Notes under the pieces: model-generated
Told to the model about the DNA's origin: nothing
What the model saw: the letters and a program-made list of their open reading frames with translations, nothing else
Database searches by the model: none
Source of the DNA: Nitrospirota bacterium
GTDB lineage: Bacteria; Nitrospirota; Thermodesulfovibrionia; UBA6902
DNA: 64,000 bases
NCBI GenBank assembly: GCA_016222905.1
Contig: JACRPZ010000002.1
Location: 5,874-69,873 of the forward strand
Reading direction: 5' to 3'
Position numbers and translations under genes: made by a program
Shown here: positions 47,631 to 57,322 of the stretch, in pieces
Numbering within the stretch: position 1 is the stretch's first letter
Layout of the letters: each line of letters opens with the position of its first letter

Positions 47631-47774
47631 AATCAAGCCTCAGATGAAACAGTCCCTTCCCCCTGCTCCTTAAATACTTCCGTGATGCTTGTAACTTTAA
47701 TGCCGGCAGCCTGCAGGGTCTTCTGTATATCTGCGGCTTTTGCGTCCTTAACCTTTAGAATATAGTTAATATCC
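47631..47774 (-). CDS. Small hypothetical protein (47 aa) with a strong Shine-Dalgarno sequence.
   Basis: Hand-translated MDINYILKVKDAKAADIQKTLQAAGIKVTSITEVFKEQGEGTVSSEA. AAAGGAGG lies 5 nt upstream of the ATG. Sits in a 700-bp intergenic region. Confidence 0.35.
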
Positions 47775-47915
47775 ATCAGATCCTCCTTTATGGCTATTTA
47801 TTGCAATGGTAATTCTAAACGAATCTTAATATCCAAATCAAGCTCAGAGATAAAGATATTTATGAGAAAGCACTGATATTGCTTTTCGCTTCTTCTGAAA
47901 TTACAATAAGCAGTT

Positions 47916-48788
47916 ATGTCAATTCTCAGAAAAACGTCCGACTTCTTAAGGCTGATAAAGTTTTCTCATTCGGTCTTCGCGCTCCCGTTTGCATTTACAG
48001 GCGCCCTTATTGCCGCTAAGGGAATTCCATCCTTAAGGCATATCATCTGGATTACAGTGGCAATGGTCGGGGCAAGGACCGTGGCAATGGGGCTGAACAG
48101 GATCATAGACAGCAAGATTGACGCGCTTAATCCGAGGACAAAAGACAGGGAGATACCAAAAGGCATTATAAAGAAAAGCGAGGCTTTTTTCTATACTCTG
48201 TTAGCGCTTGCCGTCTTTATCTTAGCCGCCTATAAACTCAATCCTCTCTGTTTAATGCTCTCTCCTATGGCTGTCTTTGTGGTAGCTCTATATCCATACG
48301 CAAAGAGGTTCACATCGCTGAGTCATTTGATCCTCGGGCTCGCGCTTTCGTTTGCCCCCTTTGGCGCATGGGTTGCGATCAAGGGGAGCCTTGATACGGC
48401 GATTCTCCCGCTTTCATTTGCGGTCATGTTCTGGGTTGCGGGGTTTGATATATTTTACGCAATGCAGGATATGGAGTTTGACAGGAGACATACCCTTTTT
48501 TCAATCCCAAGCAGATTCGGGATTAAGAATTCCATCCGGCTGGCAAAGTTCTTTCACCTGATCACCATTCTGCTCCTTCTAAGCCTTATCCCGATTTTCA
48601 ATATGAGAGGTTTTTATCTTGCAGGGGTCCTGATCGCCGCCGCGCTTCTTGTTTATGAACACATGCTCGTAAAGCCCGATGACCTGAGCAGGATTGACAT
48701 GGCATTTTTTAATATGAACGGATATATCAGCATTACGCTCTTTTTATTTACGCTCATGGATTGCCTTTTTCCATTTAATATATTATGA
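47916..48788 (+). CDS. UbiA-family polyprenyltransferase.
   Basis: Multi-TM; 'NRIIDSKIDALN' (N/DxxxDxxxD) and a second 'YAMQDMEFD' Asp-rich motif. Confidence 0.8.
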   Translation: MSILRKTSDFLRLIKFSHSVFALPFAFTGALIAAKGIPSLRHIIWITVAMVGARTVAMGLNRIIDSKIDALNPRTKDREIPKGIIKKSEAFFYTLLALAVFILAAYKLNPLCLMLSPMAVFVVALYPYAKRFTSLSHLILGLALSFAPFGAWVAIKGSLDTAILPLSFAVMFWVAGFDIFYAMQDMEFDRRHTLFSIPSRFGIKNSIRLAKFFHLITILLLLSLIPIFNMRGFYLAGVLIAAALLVYEHMLVKPDDLSRIDMAFFNMNGYISITLFLFTLMDCLFPFNIL

Positions 48789-48906
48789 GAAGGCGCAGCT
48801 GCAATCTAAATCAGGCACAGCAATTATGGTATTAGACTATCTTAGGGATATCGTGACCCCGCCGCTGCCCTAATTAAGCTCAACTACAGGGATTGTAAAA
48901 CTTAAC

Positions 48907-49992
48907 ATGAACAAGATAAAAAAATATTACCCTATTATTAGTATTTTATTATCAATCTTGCTAATTTCCATTGCGCTTGAGATTGTATTGCGCATTATTG
49001 GATACAGCCCTGCGTCAGTTAATCCTCTCTCCGCATTTCATGAATATGATTCGAAATTGGGACATAAGGGCAAGAAACTTTTTGTCGGGCAATGGAAAAG
49101 GCCCGAGTTTGATGTAATAATTGCGCATGATTCTGATGGCTTTAGACGTCAAGAATTTCAAAAGCAGGCATCAGACTGTCAACACAATGTTTTTGTCTTT
49201 GGTGATTCTTTTACTTGGGGGTGGGGAGTAAATCAAGGCGACGTTTTTACAGACAGAATGAACCGTATTATGCCCGCATATTGTATTTATAATTATGGCA
49301 TTAACGATACCGGCACCGTCGTGCAATATGTTTTATTTGACACAGAAGTAAAGAAAAAAATAAAGCCTGGAGATACCGTTGTAGTTATGTTTTTCAAAAA
49401 TGATTTTGATGATAATACCAGCGGAAAAAAACTTCATGCAGAAATTGTTAACAATCGGGTTTTGACAAAGAATTCAAGAAAGCCATTTAACTCTCGGGCA
49501 TTCGGTGCTATTAAGGAGAACTCATATTTCATCAATTTTGTTGATTTTAAAATAAACTGGTTAAAGCTGGTGAATTCAAGAAAGAAGGAAATGGAACAGG
49601 CTAAGCTTTTGACCTCGTTAGGCGAAATGGACAGCCGATATATAATTACAAAACATTTTCTAAAATCATTTAGAGAGACCTGTGCAGATTTGAATGCAAA
49701 TTTAATGGTTGTATATATTCCGGGACAAGCGGAACTGTTAGAGTCTGAAAATATCGATCAAAACAACGTGGAAAATGAGCGGAGTTATAGAGCAGCTCTA
49801 TTTGATATTGCCAAATCACTTGATATTGAAGTAATCGATCTCTTGCCCGCTTTTTTAAAGTACAAAAATAATAACCGAAATGTCCCTCTGACATTTGTTG
49901 TTGACAATCATTGGAATCCGACAGGGCATGATCTGGTGTCTCAAATAATTGCAGATCATATCATAAAGAAATCCTTGTCTCCGCTCCCATAA
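48907..49992 (+). CDS. Membrane-anchored SGNH/GDSL-family hydrolase.
   Basis: N-terminal TM. 'VFVFGDSFTWGWGV' (GDS block I) and 'DNHWNPTGH' (block V D-x-x-H). Confidence 0.6.
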   Translation: MNKIKKYYPIISILLSILLISIALEIVLRIIGYSPASVNPLSAFHEYDSKLGHKGKKLFVGQWKRPEFDVIIAHDSDGFRRQEFQKQASDCQHNVFVFGDSFTWGWGVNQGDVFTDRMNRIMPAYCIYNYGINDTGTVVQYVLFDTEVKKKIKPGDTVVVMFFKNDFDDNTSGKKLHAEIVNNRVLTKNSRKPFNSRAFGAIKENSYFINFVDFKINWLKLVNSRKKEMEQAKLLTSLGEMDSRYIITKHFLKSFRETCADLNANLMVVYIPGQAELLESENIDQNNVENERSYRAALFDIAKSLDIEVIDLLPAFLKYKNNNRNVPLTFVVDNHWNPTGHDLVSQIIADHIIKKSLSPLP

Positions 49993-50273
49993 TGTCTGTA
50001 TCATATCTTCATGGCGTACAAAAACCTTAGAGAATTTATCGCCCTTTTTGAGAAGAGAGACCTCCTCAAAAATATAAAGGCTGCGAGTCTGCTGCAATTA
50101 TTTTCTAAACCTGACATATCCTCTACCCTCATGTCCGATAGTTAATGCTTAAAACACCTGCCGGGCGAACAGCCTGCCGGATAGTACCGGATTACATTTA
50201 CTACGGTAGGATTTTTAATCAGGTGATGCAAACCACGTTGCAGATCTTTTGCTTTTCTCCCAGGGAGAGAGAT

Positions 50274-50540
50274 TTAGACAAACTGTACGCCTGCCCTGTA
50301 ACTACCCTCGACTTTCCTGCTCCAGCGGACAATGCCAAAAGAGGGAGTAAAGCTGTTGAATTGCAACACATGACCGGGCTCAAGAGGATAATCCAGAACA
50401 ATCCCCATCCCTGTGCTGCTAATGTCAGTTGCGCTGCATGATAGGCTGAGTTTTTTGATTTCTCTGAAGTCACTGACCGGCAACAGAAAATCAATCTTAT
50501 CGTTGAAGGGCATTCTTTCAGCTGCTCTTTTTTCTACCAT
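50274..50540 (-). CDS. PilZ-domain c-di-GMP-binding protein.
   Basis: 'RAAERMPF' (RxxxR) and 'ATDISSTGMGI' (D/NxSxxG); 88 aa. Confidence 0.6.
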   Translation of the reverse strand: MVEKRAAERMPFNDKIDFLLPVSDFREIKKLSLSCSATDISSTGMGIVLDYPLEPGHVLQFNSFTPSFGIVRWSRKVEGSYRAGVQFV

Positions 50541-50631
50541 ATTTCCCGCCGGATTGATTGCGGCTTATTTAAGCCGCTTGTTCTATCCCTATTTAATATT
50601 AACTGCTTGATGCAATTGACTGCGGAGTAAG

Positions 50632-51012
50632 TTACTTAACTGGTTCAGCAGGTTTTGCCGGTTCTTTAGCAGCATTGCCCTGTTCCGGCGCTGCCGGTAC
50701 TGCCTTCATCGGGCCTTGATTTGCTCCTGCGCCTGCGAGGGGATTTGCTGAAGTCTGTTTCGGGACACTGCTCATAACCGAGCCCCTCTTGAAGGAGATG
50801 ACCGCCAATGACAGGGAAGTGAGCATAAACAATATGGCTGAAGCAGTTGTGAGCTTGGTGAGAACTGTTGCCGCGCCTCTGCTTCCAAACAGGGTCTGAT
50901 TTGAACCGCCGAATGCAGCGCCCATCTCAGCCCCCTTGCTGCTCTGAATCAGGACGATGAATATAAGAAACGCGCAGACTATTAAATGAATAATAAGAAC
51001 TAATGTATACAC
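50632..51012 (-). CDS. secG: Preprotein translocase subunit SecG.
   Basis: 'LIVCAFLIFIVLIQSSKGAEMGAAFGG' is canonical SecG. Confidence 0.85.
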   Translation of the reverse strand: MYTLVLIIHLIVCAFLIFIVLIQSSKGAEMGAAFGGSNQTLFGSRGAATVLTKLTTASAILFMLTSLSLAVISFKRGSVMSSVPKQTSANPLAGAGANQGPMKAVPAAPEQGNAAKEPAKPAEPVK

Positions 51013-51064
51013 CTAATTCCTCCTATTAAGTCGCTCCGACTTTAGTCGCTTCGACAGGTTTAAA

Positions 51065-51808
51065 TTAACTTTTGGACTCTGTTACTATTTTAGCAAAACT
51101 ATCTGGTTTTAGGCTTGCGCCCCCGACAAGGGCGCCGTTTACCGCAGGTTGTGCCATCAGTGTCCTGGTGTTTTCCGGGGTAACGCTGCCTCCATAGAGT
51201 ATCCTTACTCTCTCCGAGTCAGGGTTATATTTTCTTAACCACTCTCTTATATATGTGTGGACTTCGTTTGCCTGCTCCGGCGATGCTGTCTTGCCTGTCC
51301 CGATAGCCCATATAGGCTCATACGCTATTGTTATTCCATCAAGCTGCAAATCTTTCAGGGAGCCTGCAAGCTGTTTGTCCAGAACCTCAAATGTCTCATT
51401 CTTCTCCCTCTCGTCAAGGGATTCGCCGATGCACAGTATTACATCAAGCCCGTTCTTTCTGGCGGTTTTGATCTTCTTATTTACGATCTCATTGGTTTCA
51501 GAGAAGTACTGTCTTCTCTCTGAATGTCCGATAATGACAGATGCGCAGCCTGCGTCAAGCAGCATGGCAGGAGATATCTCGCCTGTGAAAGCGCCTTTCT
51601 CTTCATAATATACATTCTGCCCCGCGACTTTTATCCCTGTCTTATTCAGAAGCTGTGCCGCAGAATGTAAGGATGTGAAAGGAGGGGCGATTAATATATC
51701 AACATCTGTTACATCTTTAACCATCCGGATGAATGACGTTATGAACTCCCCGGTCTCCCTGATGGACTTGTTCATCTTCCAGTTGGCTGCAATCAGCGGC
51801 TTGAGCAT
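51065..51808 (-). CDS. tpiA: Triosephosphate isomerase.
   Basis: 'IAANWKMN', 'AYEPIWAIGTGKTAS', 'YGGSV'. Confidence 0.95.
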   Translation of the reverse strand: MLKPLIAANWKMNKSIRETGEFITSFIRMVKDVTDVDILIAPPFTSLHSAAQLLNKTGIKVAGQNVYYEEKGAFTGEISPAMLLDAGCASVIIGHSERRQYFSETNEIVNKKIKTARKNGLDVILCIGESLDEREKNETFEVLDKQLAGSLKDLQLDGITIAYEPIWAIGTGKTASPEQANEVHTYIREWLRKYNPDSERVRILYGGSVTPENTRTLMAQPAVNGALVGGASLKPDSFAKIVTESKS

Positions 51809-51921
51809 AGTGGACTAATTTAGAGGAATTGGGTGAAGAAAGTCAAGGAAGACCGTAGAGCATCTGAGTTTCTTTGATGGTAAATTTTGGTAAATATTAC
51901 CTCCGTGTGTTATAATTTTTC

Positions 51922-53466
51922 ATGTCTTTTTCAGAGGTTTCTTCCAATCCCGGCACGTCATTTATCCCCGGTGATAAACTGCCGAAAGTCCCTTTTGTTC
52001 TTAACGGCATATCAACACGTTTTATTCGTGAAAACCTGATCGTCCCGCTGGAACTTCACAACAATACTCTGAAGGTTATCATGGCAAATCCTGAGGACTC
52101 GGAGACAATTGATGCCCTCAAAACAGCAATTTCAGGAGATATTCAGGTATATACCACTGACGCTAAGGCTCTGAATGAATATATAGCTAAATTTTACAGT
52201 CAGGAACCGGAGAATATAAACCGTATAATTGAAGATATAGGCGATAAGAGCCTCGAATTTATCAGGGAAGAGGAAGAGGACGCAGGACATCTCAAGACCC
52301 TCGCCTCAGAGGCCCCGATAATAAGGCTTGTGAACCTGCTAATAACAAGGGCTGTTGAGAGCAGGGCAAGCGATATACATATAGAGCCGTTTGAGGATGA
52401 GTTAAAGGTCAGGTACAGGATAGACGGTGTGCTGCATGAGGTTGAGTCCGCCCCGAAAAGATTATATGCCGCAATTGTATCAAGAGTAAAGATAATGGCA
52501 AAGCTCAATATAGCCGAGAGGAGACTGCCTCAGGATGGACGCATAAGGCTCAGGGTCAGCGGAAGCGAAGTGGACCTCAGGGTATCTACAATACCCGTGC
52601 TTCACGGAGAAAGCGTTGTCATGAGGATACTCCATAAGGAAGGCATGGTTATAGACCTTGAATTGTTAGGGTTCCCTCCGAAACTGCTCTTGGAATTCAA
52701 CCGTCTCATCAACAAACCAAACGGTATTATGCTTGTCACCGGCCCCACGGGAAGCGGGAAGACAACGACACTCTATGGTGCGCTTGATAAACTGAATTCT
52801 CCGGACAAGAAGATAATAACTGTCGAGGACCCGATTGAATACCAGATCAAGGGCATAAACCAGATACAGGTGAAACCTCAGATAGGGCTGAACTTTGCCA
52901 GCACCCTGAGGCATATTGTCAGACAGGATCCCGATATAATTATGATCGGCGAGATAAGAGACCTTGAGACTGCCGAGATAGCCATACAGTCCGCGCTCAC
53001 CGGACACATTGTCTTCTCAACCCTGCATACCAATGACGCCCCCAGCGCAATAACCAGACTGCTTGATATGGGAGTTGAGAACTTCCTTCTCTCATCAACT
53101 GTTATAGGCATACTTGCGCAGAGGCTGGTCAGGATCATCTGCCCTTCATGCAAGGAAGCTGACACATCCTCTGCCAACAAAGAAAAGCTTGTCAGGCTCG
53201 GCATGAGCAGCGATATTCCTATTTACAAGGGAGTTGGCTGCGAAAAATGCTCCAATACAGGTTATTACGGCAGAACAGGGATATACGAACTCCTGACAGT
53301 TGACGATGAAATACGTAAATTGATTCTGAATAGTGCTGCCTCGAACCAGATAAGGGATACAGCCAGAGAGCGAGGCATGGTTACCTTGATGGAGAACGGC
53401 TCGAAAAAGATAGAGGCCGGCATAACAACGCTGAGTGAGTTATTCAGAGTAACTCAGGAGGAATAG
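51922..53466 (+). CDS. gspE: Type II secretion / type IV pilus assembly ATPase (GspE/PilB family).
   Basis: Walker A 'GPTGSGKTTTLY', Asp/His boxes, tetracysteine 'CPSC...CEKC'. Confidence 0.9.
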   Translation: MSFSEVSSNPGTSFIPGDKLPKVPFVLNGISTRFIRENLIVPLELHNNTLKVIMANPEDSETIDALKTAISGDIQVYTTDAKALNEYIAKFYSQEPENINRIIEDIGDKSLEFIREEEEDAGHLKTLASEAPIIRLVNLLITRAVESRASDIHIEPFEDELKVRYRIDGVLHEVESAPKRLYAAIVSRVKIMAKLNIAERRLPQDGRIRLRVSGSEVDLRVSTIPVLHGESVVMRILHKEGMVIDLELLGFPPKLLLEFNRLINKPNGIMLVTGPTGSGKTTTLYGALDKLNSPDKKIITVEDPIEYQIKGINQIQVKPQIGLNFASTLRHIVRQDPDIIMIGEIRDLETAEIAIQSALTGHIVFSTLHTNDAPSAITRLLDMGVENFLLSSTVIGILAQRLVRIICPSCKEADTSSANKEKLVRLGMSSDIPIYKGVGCEKCSNTGYYGRTGIYELLTVDDEIRKLILNSAASNQIRDTARERGMVTLMENGSKKIEAGITTLSELFRVTQEE

Positions 53467-54663
53467 GTGGCTATATTTTCATACAGGGCTACCACGTTAG
53501 ATGGCAAGATCAAGGAAGGGGTCATAGAGGCCCTTGATGAAATAACGGCAATCAGCAGTCTCAAACGTTCAGGCTTTATCCCGCTAAGGGTTTCCGCTCC
53601 AAAAGAAGGAATAAAAAAAAGGTTCAGCCTGAAAAGATCTAATAAGGCCGACCTCCTCACATTTACCACGGAGCTTTCAGCTCTTTTAAGAGCCGGCCTG
53701 CCCCTTGACAGAAGTCTCAATATCCTCTCTGAAGTCTCGGCAAGCATGGAGATGAACAGGGTAGTTAAATCGGTTCTTAAATCCATAAGAGAGGGCAGAT
53801 CCTTCTCGGAAGCTCTCCAGAGAAATCCCGAAGTATTCTCAAAGCTTTATGTAAACATGGTAAGGGCCGGAGAGTCCGGCGGCGTACTGGATGCAGTTCT
53901 GGATAAGTTAGATGAATTTCTTGAATCCTCAAAGGAATTAAAAGAGCATGTAATTTCTGCAATGATATACCCTGCAATACTCCTCATGACAGGCCTTTTA
54001 TCAATAGCTGTGCTTTTTGTTTATGTTTTGCCGAAGTTCTCGGCGATATTCTCTGAGATGGGCGCAACATTGCCGCTTCCGACACTGGTGGTCATTGCAG
54101 TCAGCAGCGCCGCTGCAAAATACTGGTGGCTTATGCTCTTACTGGCAATTGCCGGATGGATGATCTTCAGGAGTTATGTAAAGACTGAAGCGGGAAGATA
54201 CAAGTGGGATGCCCTTAAGCTTAAGCTGATGGGCGAGGTCATAAGAAAGCTTGAGACAGCGAGATTTACCAGGACACTCGGAACACTCCTTAAAAGCGGA
54301 GTGCCTCTGCTTCAGGCGCTAAGCAACTCTAAAGATATTATTGAGAACACAACAATAGCCTCTGCCATAGATGCTGTATCCAGAGATGCAAAGGAGGGAA
54401 AGGGGATCGCAGCCCCTTTGTCCAATGCCGGCGTCTTCCCGCCGCTCGCTATCTCAATGATAAAGGTAGGAGAGGAGACCGGCCAGCTTGATACAATGCT
54501 GTTGCAGGTAGCCTCCACATATGAAAAGAGTCTCAGGGCGTCAATGAAGAGATTATTGAGCGTTCTTGAGCCGGCTCTTATTCTCGGCATGGCTCTTATA
54601 ATAGGCTTTATAGTTCTTTCTATGCTTATGGCGGTATTCAGCATAACAGACCTTCCTCTTTGA
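53467..54663 (+). CDS. gspF: Type II secretion platform protein GspF/PilC family.
   Basis: Two repeated GspF domains and three TM segments; 398 aa. Confidence 0.9.
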   Translation: MAIFSYRATTLDGKIKEGVIEALDEITAISSLKRSGFIPLRVSAPKEGIKKRFSLKRSNKADLLTFTTELSALLRAGLPLDRSLNILSEVSASMEMNRVVKSVLKSIREGRSFSEALQRNPEVFSKLYVNMVRAGESGGVLDAVLDKLDEFLESSKELKEHVISAMIYPAILLMTGLLSIAVLFVYVLPKFSAIFSEMGATLPLPTLVVIAVSSAAAKYWWLMLLLAIAGWMIFRSYVKTEAGRYKWDALKLKLMGEVIRKLETARFTRTLGTLLKSGVPLLQALSNSKDIIENTTIASAIDAVSRDAKEGKGIAAPLSNAGVFPPLAISMIKVGEETGQLDTMLLQVASTYEKSLRASMKRLLSVLEPALILGMALIIGFIVLSMLMAVFSITDLPL

Positions 54664-55169
54664 CCTCACCAATGACATTTAAGAGAAAAACATTAAGTTT
54701 CAGATTGCGGAGTATATTTCCAAAATCCAAAATCCAAAATCCAGAAGCTGGCTTCACGCTCCTTGAACTGATAGTTGTGATGCTCCTGATTACTCTTATA
54801 CTTGCTCTCTCTACCGCCTTCTTTGCCAACACCCTTCCCTCAAGCAAATTTAACGCAGCAGTGCGCGAGATGACAACAACTATAAGGCAGGCGAGCCATC
54901 TTGCGCAAAGCAAGGGAAAGATGCAGACAATCGTTATTAACCTTGATTCAGGGGTTTATGGAATAGAAGGCCGCGGACAAAAGGATATTCCGCACGGCAC
55001 TAACATAAAGGTGCTGGATGCCCTGACAGGAGAGGTCATCAGCGGGGAATACAGACTGGTTTTTTATGATACCGGAGCTGCCGAGGGCGGGACAGTAGTA
55101 TTATGGAACGAAAAGAAGAGAGTAAATATAAATTTGGACCCTGTAATGGGAGCTGTGATAACAGAATGA
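54660..55169 (+). CDS. Minor pseudopilin (GspH-like) with a prepilin N-terminus.
   Basis: 'AGFTLLELIVVMLLI' prepilin processing/methylation motif, preceded by an unusually long leader containing (CAAAATC)x3. Confidence 0.65.
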   Translation: MTSPMTFKRKTLSFRLRSIFPKSKIQNPEAGFTLLELIVVMLLITLILALSTAFFANTLPSSKFNAAVREMTTTIRQASHLAQSKGKMQTIVINLDSGVYGIEGRGQKDIPHGTNIKVLDALTGEVISGEYRLVFYDTGAAEGGTVVLWNEKKRVNINLDPVMGAVITE

Positions 55170-55579
55170 ATGAACTATCCTCATATCCGAAACATACAAT
55201 ACGCAATTCCCAGCGAGGATTCACGCTCATTGAGATACTTGCTTCTCTGGCGATATTAAGCATTTCTTTAGTCGTCATACTTCAGCTCTTTTCCATAAAT
55301 CTTAAGGGAATAACAGTTTCAGATGGTTATGTAGACACTGTTATGAAGGCAGAGTCCGTTATGAGAAATATACTTGACGATGAGAAGCTTGAGGAGAAGT
55401 CCTGGAGTGAAACAACAGAAGACGGCTACGGAATAGATGTCAGCATAACCGAAACCGAAAATGAGAGGACTGAGAATCTTATGGTGAAGCTGATGGAGAT
55501 AGACCTTTCAATCCGCTGGCAAGAAGGAATGAAGGAGCGTAAGCTGACCCTTAAGACAATGAAGACAGTGGCTAAATAA
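55166..55579 (+). CDS. Minor pseudopilin (GspI-like).
   Basis: Likely start MNELSSYPKHTIRNSQRG|FTLIEILASLAIL (ATGA overlap with the upstream gene). The track ORF starts earlier at 55103. Confidence 0.6.
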   Translation: MNELSSYPKHTIRNSQRGFTLIEILASLAILSISLVVILQLFSINLKGITVSDGYVDTVMKAESVMRNILDDEKLEEKSWSETTEDGYGIDVSITETENERTENLMVKLMEIDLSIRWQEGMKERKLTLKTMKTVAK

Positions 55580-56197
55580 ATGAAGAATTCAGCAAATAAA
55601 ATAAGCATGTCTGATAAAGGCTTTACGCTTCTTGAGCTAATGGTCTCTTTTCTTATAATCGGGATTGTTATTCTGATAATTGCAGGCGCCCTGAGGCTAA
55701 GCCTCAATATTGTTGATAAAGGCGAGGCAAAGATAGATTCCCTGGAGAGAACGCGAACCTCCTTAAAGATTGTAACCGCACAGATTCAATCCCAGTTTCC
55801 TCTTGCATTTGAAGAAGACGGGGAGAAAAAAATCTATTTTCAGGGTGAAAGCAAAACAATACAGTTAGCTACAAACTATTCCATATGGGGAGGACAAAGA
55901 GGTTATGTGCTTGTCAGATACAAGGTTGAAACAGATGAGAGCGGAAAGGAGATGCTGTCAGCATCCGAGAATATTGTCGGCATAGATAACATTAAAGAGA
56001 CAACCCTATTCAAGTCGCTTGATAAAATATATTTCGAGTATTTTTTCAAAGACCCTCTGAAAGAAGAGGGGGAATGGATTGAAAAATGGGAAGATAGCTT
56101 TAAACTCCCCGAAAAAATAAGACTGCATCTTGAAGCGAAGGGGAAGGACTTCTTCATGATTATTCCTGTGAGAGCAACCGGCGCTGTAACAAAGTAA
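55580..56197 (+). CDS. Minor pseudopilin (GspJ-like).
   Basis: 'KGFTLLELMVSFLIIGIV' prepilin motif. Confidence 0.6.
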   Translation: MKNSANKISMSDKGFTLLELMVSFLIIGIVILIIAGALRLSLNIVDKGEAKIDSLERTRTSLKIVTAQIQSQFPLAFEEDGEKKIYFQGESKTIQLATNYSIWGGQRGYVLVRYKVETDESGKEMLSASENIVGIDNIKETTLFKSLDKIYFEYFFKDPLKEEGEWIEKWEDSFKLPEKIRLHLEAKGKDFFMIIPVRATGAVTK

Positions 56198-56203
56198 TTT
56201 CAG

Positions 56204-57205
56204 ATGAAACTAATGAAGAGCAAAACTTATAACAATACAGATTCACAGAGAGGCATTGCACTGATTATGATCTTATGGGTATTGACCATCCTGATGGTCC
56301 TCGTCCTCTCTTTTACCTATATGACAAGGACAGAGACAGATGCCGCCATATCCTTCAGAGACGGGGTTGCCGGGAAATTCCTTGCCGAGGCGGGGGTTCA
56401 GCGGGGAATAATGGAGATATTCTACAGACAAAATAACCCGCAAACTGACCGCAGTGAAGTCTGGAGAAAAGACGGAACCCAATATAAGGTGGAGACAGAT
56501 AAAGGGGGCTATCTTGTAAGCATAACTGACGAATCAGGCAAAGTAGACATAAACAGCGCCCCTGAGGTAATATTAAGAGGTCTTTTTACGGGTCTCGGCC
56601 TTAAAGCAGAAGATGCTGATATTGCAGTTGATTCGATATTGGACTGGAAAGATGCTGATGACCTTCACAGGCTTAATGGCGCTGAAAACGATTATTATAT
56701 GTCTCTGCCGAATCCGTATAAGGCAAAAAATGCCGGATTTGAGACCCTTGAAGAGCTTATCATGGTCAGGGGAATAACCCTGGAAATACTCCATGGGGAC
56801 GGGGTAAAGAGAGGTATGATTGACTTCCTGACCCTGCATTCACAAACAGGTAAAATCAATCTGAAGACCGCGCCGCGAGAGGTCTTGCTGGCGATCCCCG
56901 GGATAACATCTGAAGCAGCCGATGCAATCATACTTAAAAGGGAGAGCGGGGAGATAACCGAAAATGACATCCTGGGAATTTTAGGGCAAAATTACTCTTT
57001 GGCAGCGCCTTATGTAAGTTCATTTGACAGCGGGATATTCACAATTGATGCACTCGGTTATAAGGATTCAGAAGAGACAGGCTACGGAATAAGGGCTACA
57101 GTCAGCATTTACAAAACTAATCAATATAGTTATCTTTACTACAAAAGCCCTGCCGGGGTAAAGCATGATTCTTCTCAAAAGCCAGCAGAATCTTTAAATA
57201 ACTAA
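56204..57205 (+). CDS. GspK-like minor pseudopilin.
   Basis: 'QRGIALIMILWVLTILMVLVLSF' atypical prepilin-like N-terminus; 333 aa; position after the H/I/J pseudopilins. Confidence 0.65.
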   Translation: MKLMKSKTYNNTDSQRGIALIMILWVLTILMVLVLSFTYMTRTETDAAISFRDGVAGKFLAEAGVQRGIMEIFYRQNNPQTDRSEVWRKDGTQYKVETDKGGYLVSITDESGKVDINSAPEVILRGLFTGLGLKAEDADIAVDSILDWKDADDLHRLNGAENDYYMSLPNPYKAKNAGFETLEELIMVRGITLEILHGDGVKRGMIDFLTLHSQTGKINLKTAPREVLLAIPGITSEAADAIILKRESGEITENDILGILGQNYSLAAPYVSSFDSGIFTIDALGYKDSEETGYGIRATVSIYKTNQYSYLYYKSPAGVKHDSSQKPAESLNN

Positions 57206-57215
57206 ATAGTCGGTT

Positions 57216-57286
57216 TGTCATGGTGAGCTTGTCGAACCATGATGAGAATCAAGCAATTACTCACCCTTCGACAGGCTCAGGGTGAC
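57216..57286. repeat. Intergenic REP-like element of the widespread 'MVSLSNH...STGSG' family (two hairpins, TCATGGT..ACCATGA and CACCCT..AGGGTG).
   Basis: Forward reading gives VMVSLSNHDENQAITHPSTGSG*. The element has paired inverted repeats around GTCGAAC/TTCGACAGG cores. Confidence 0.55.
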
Positions 57287-57322
57287 ATATGTTAATTTTT
57301 TGCACAAGGAAGTTGGAGAAAA

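Noticed and set aside
54660-55169. Calling the first pseudopilin GspG (the major pseudopilin)
   Set aside because: It lacks the conserved GspG C-terminal Ca-binding/'DPWG' region and is longer. It fits GspH-like minor pseudopilins better, so gspG is treated as absent from the window.
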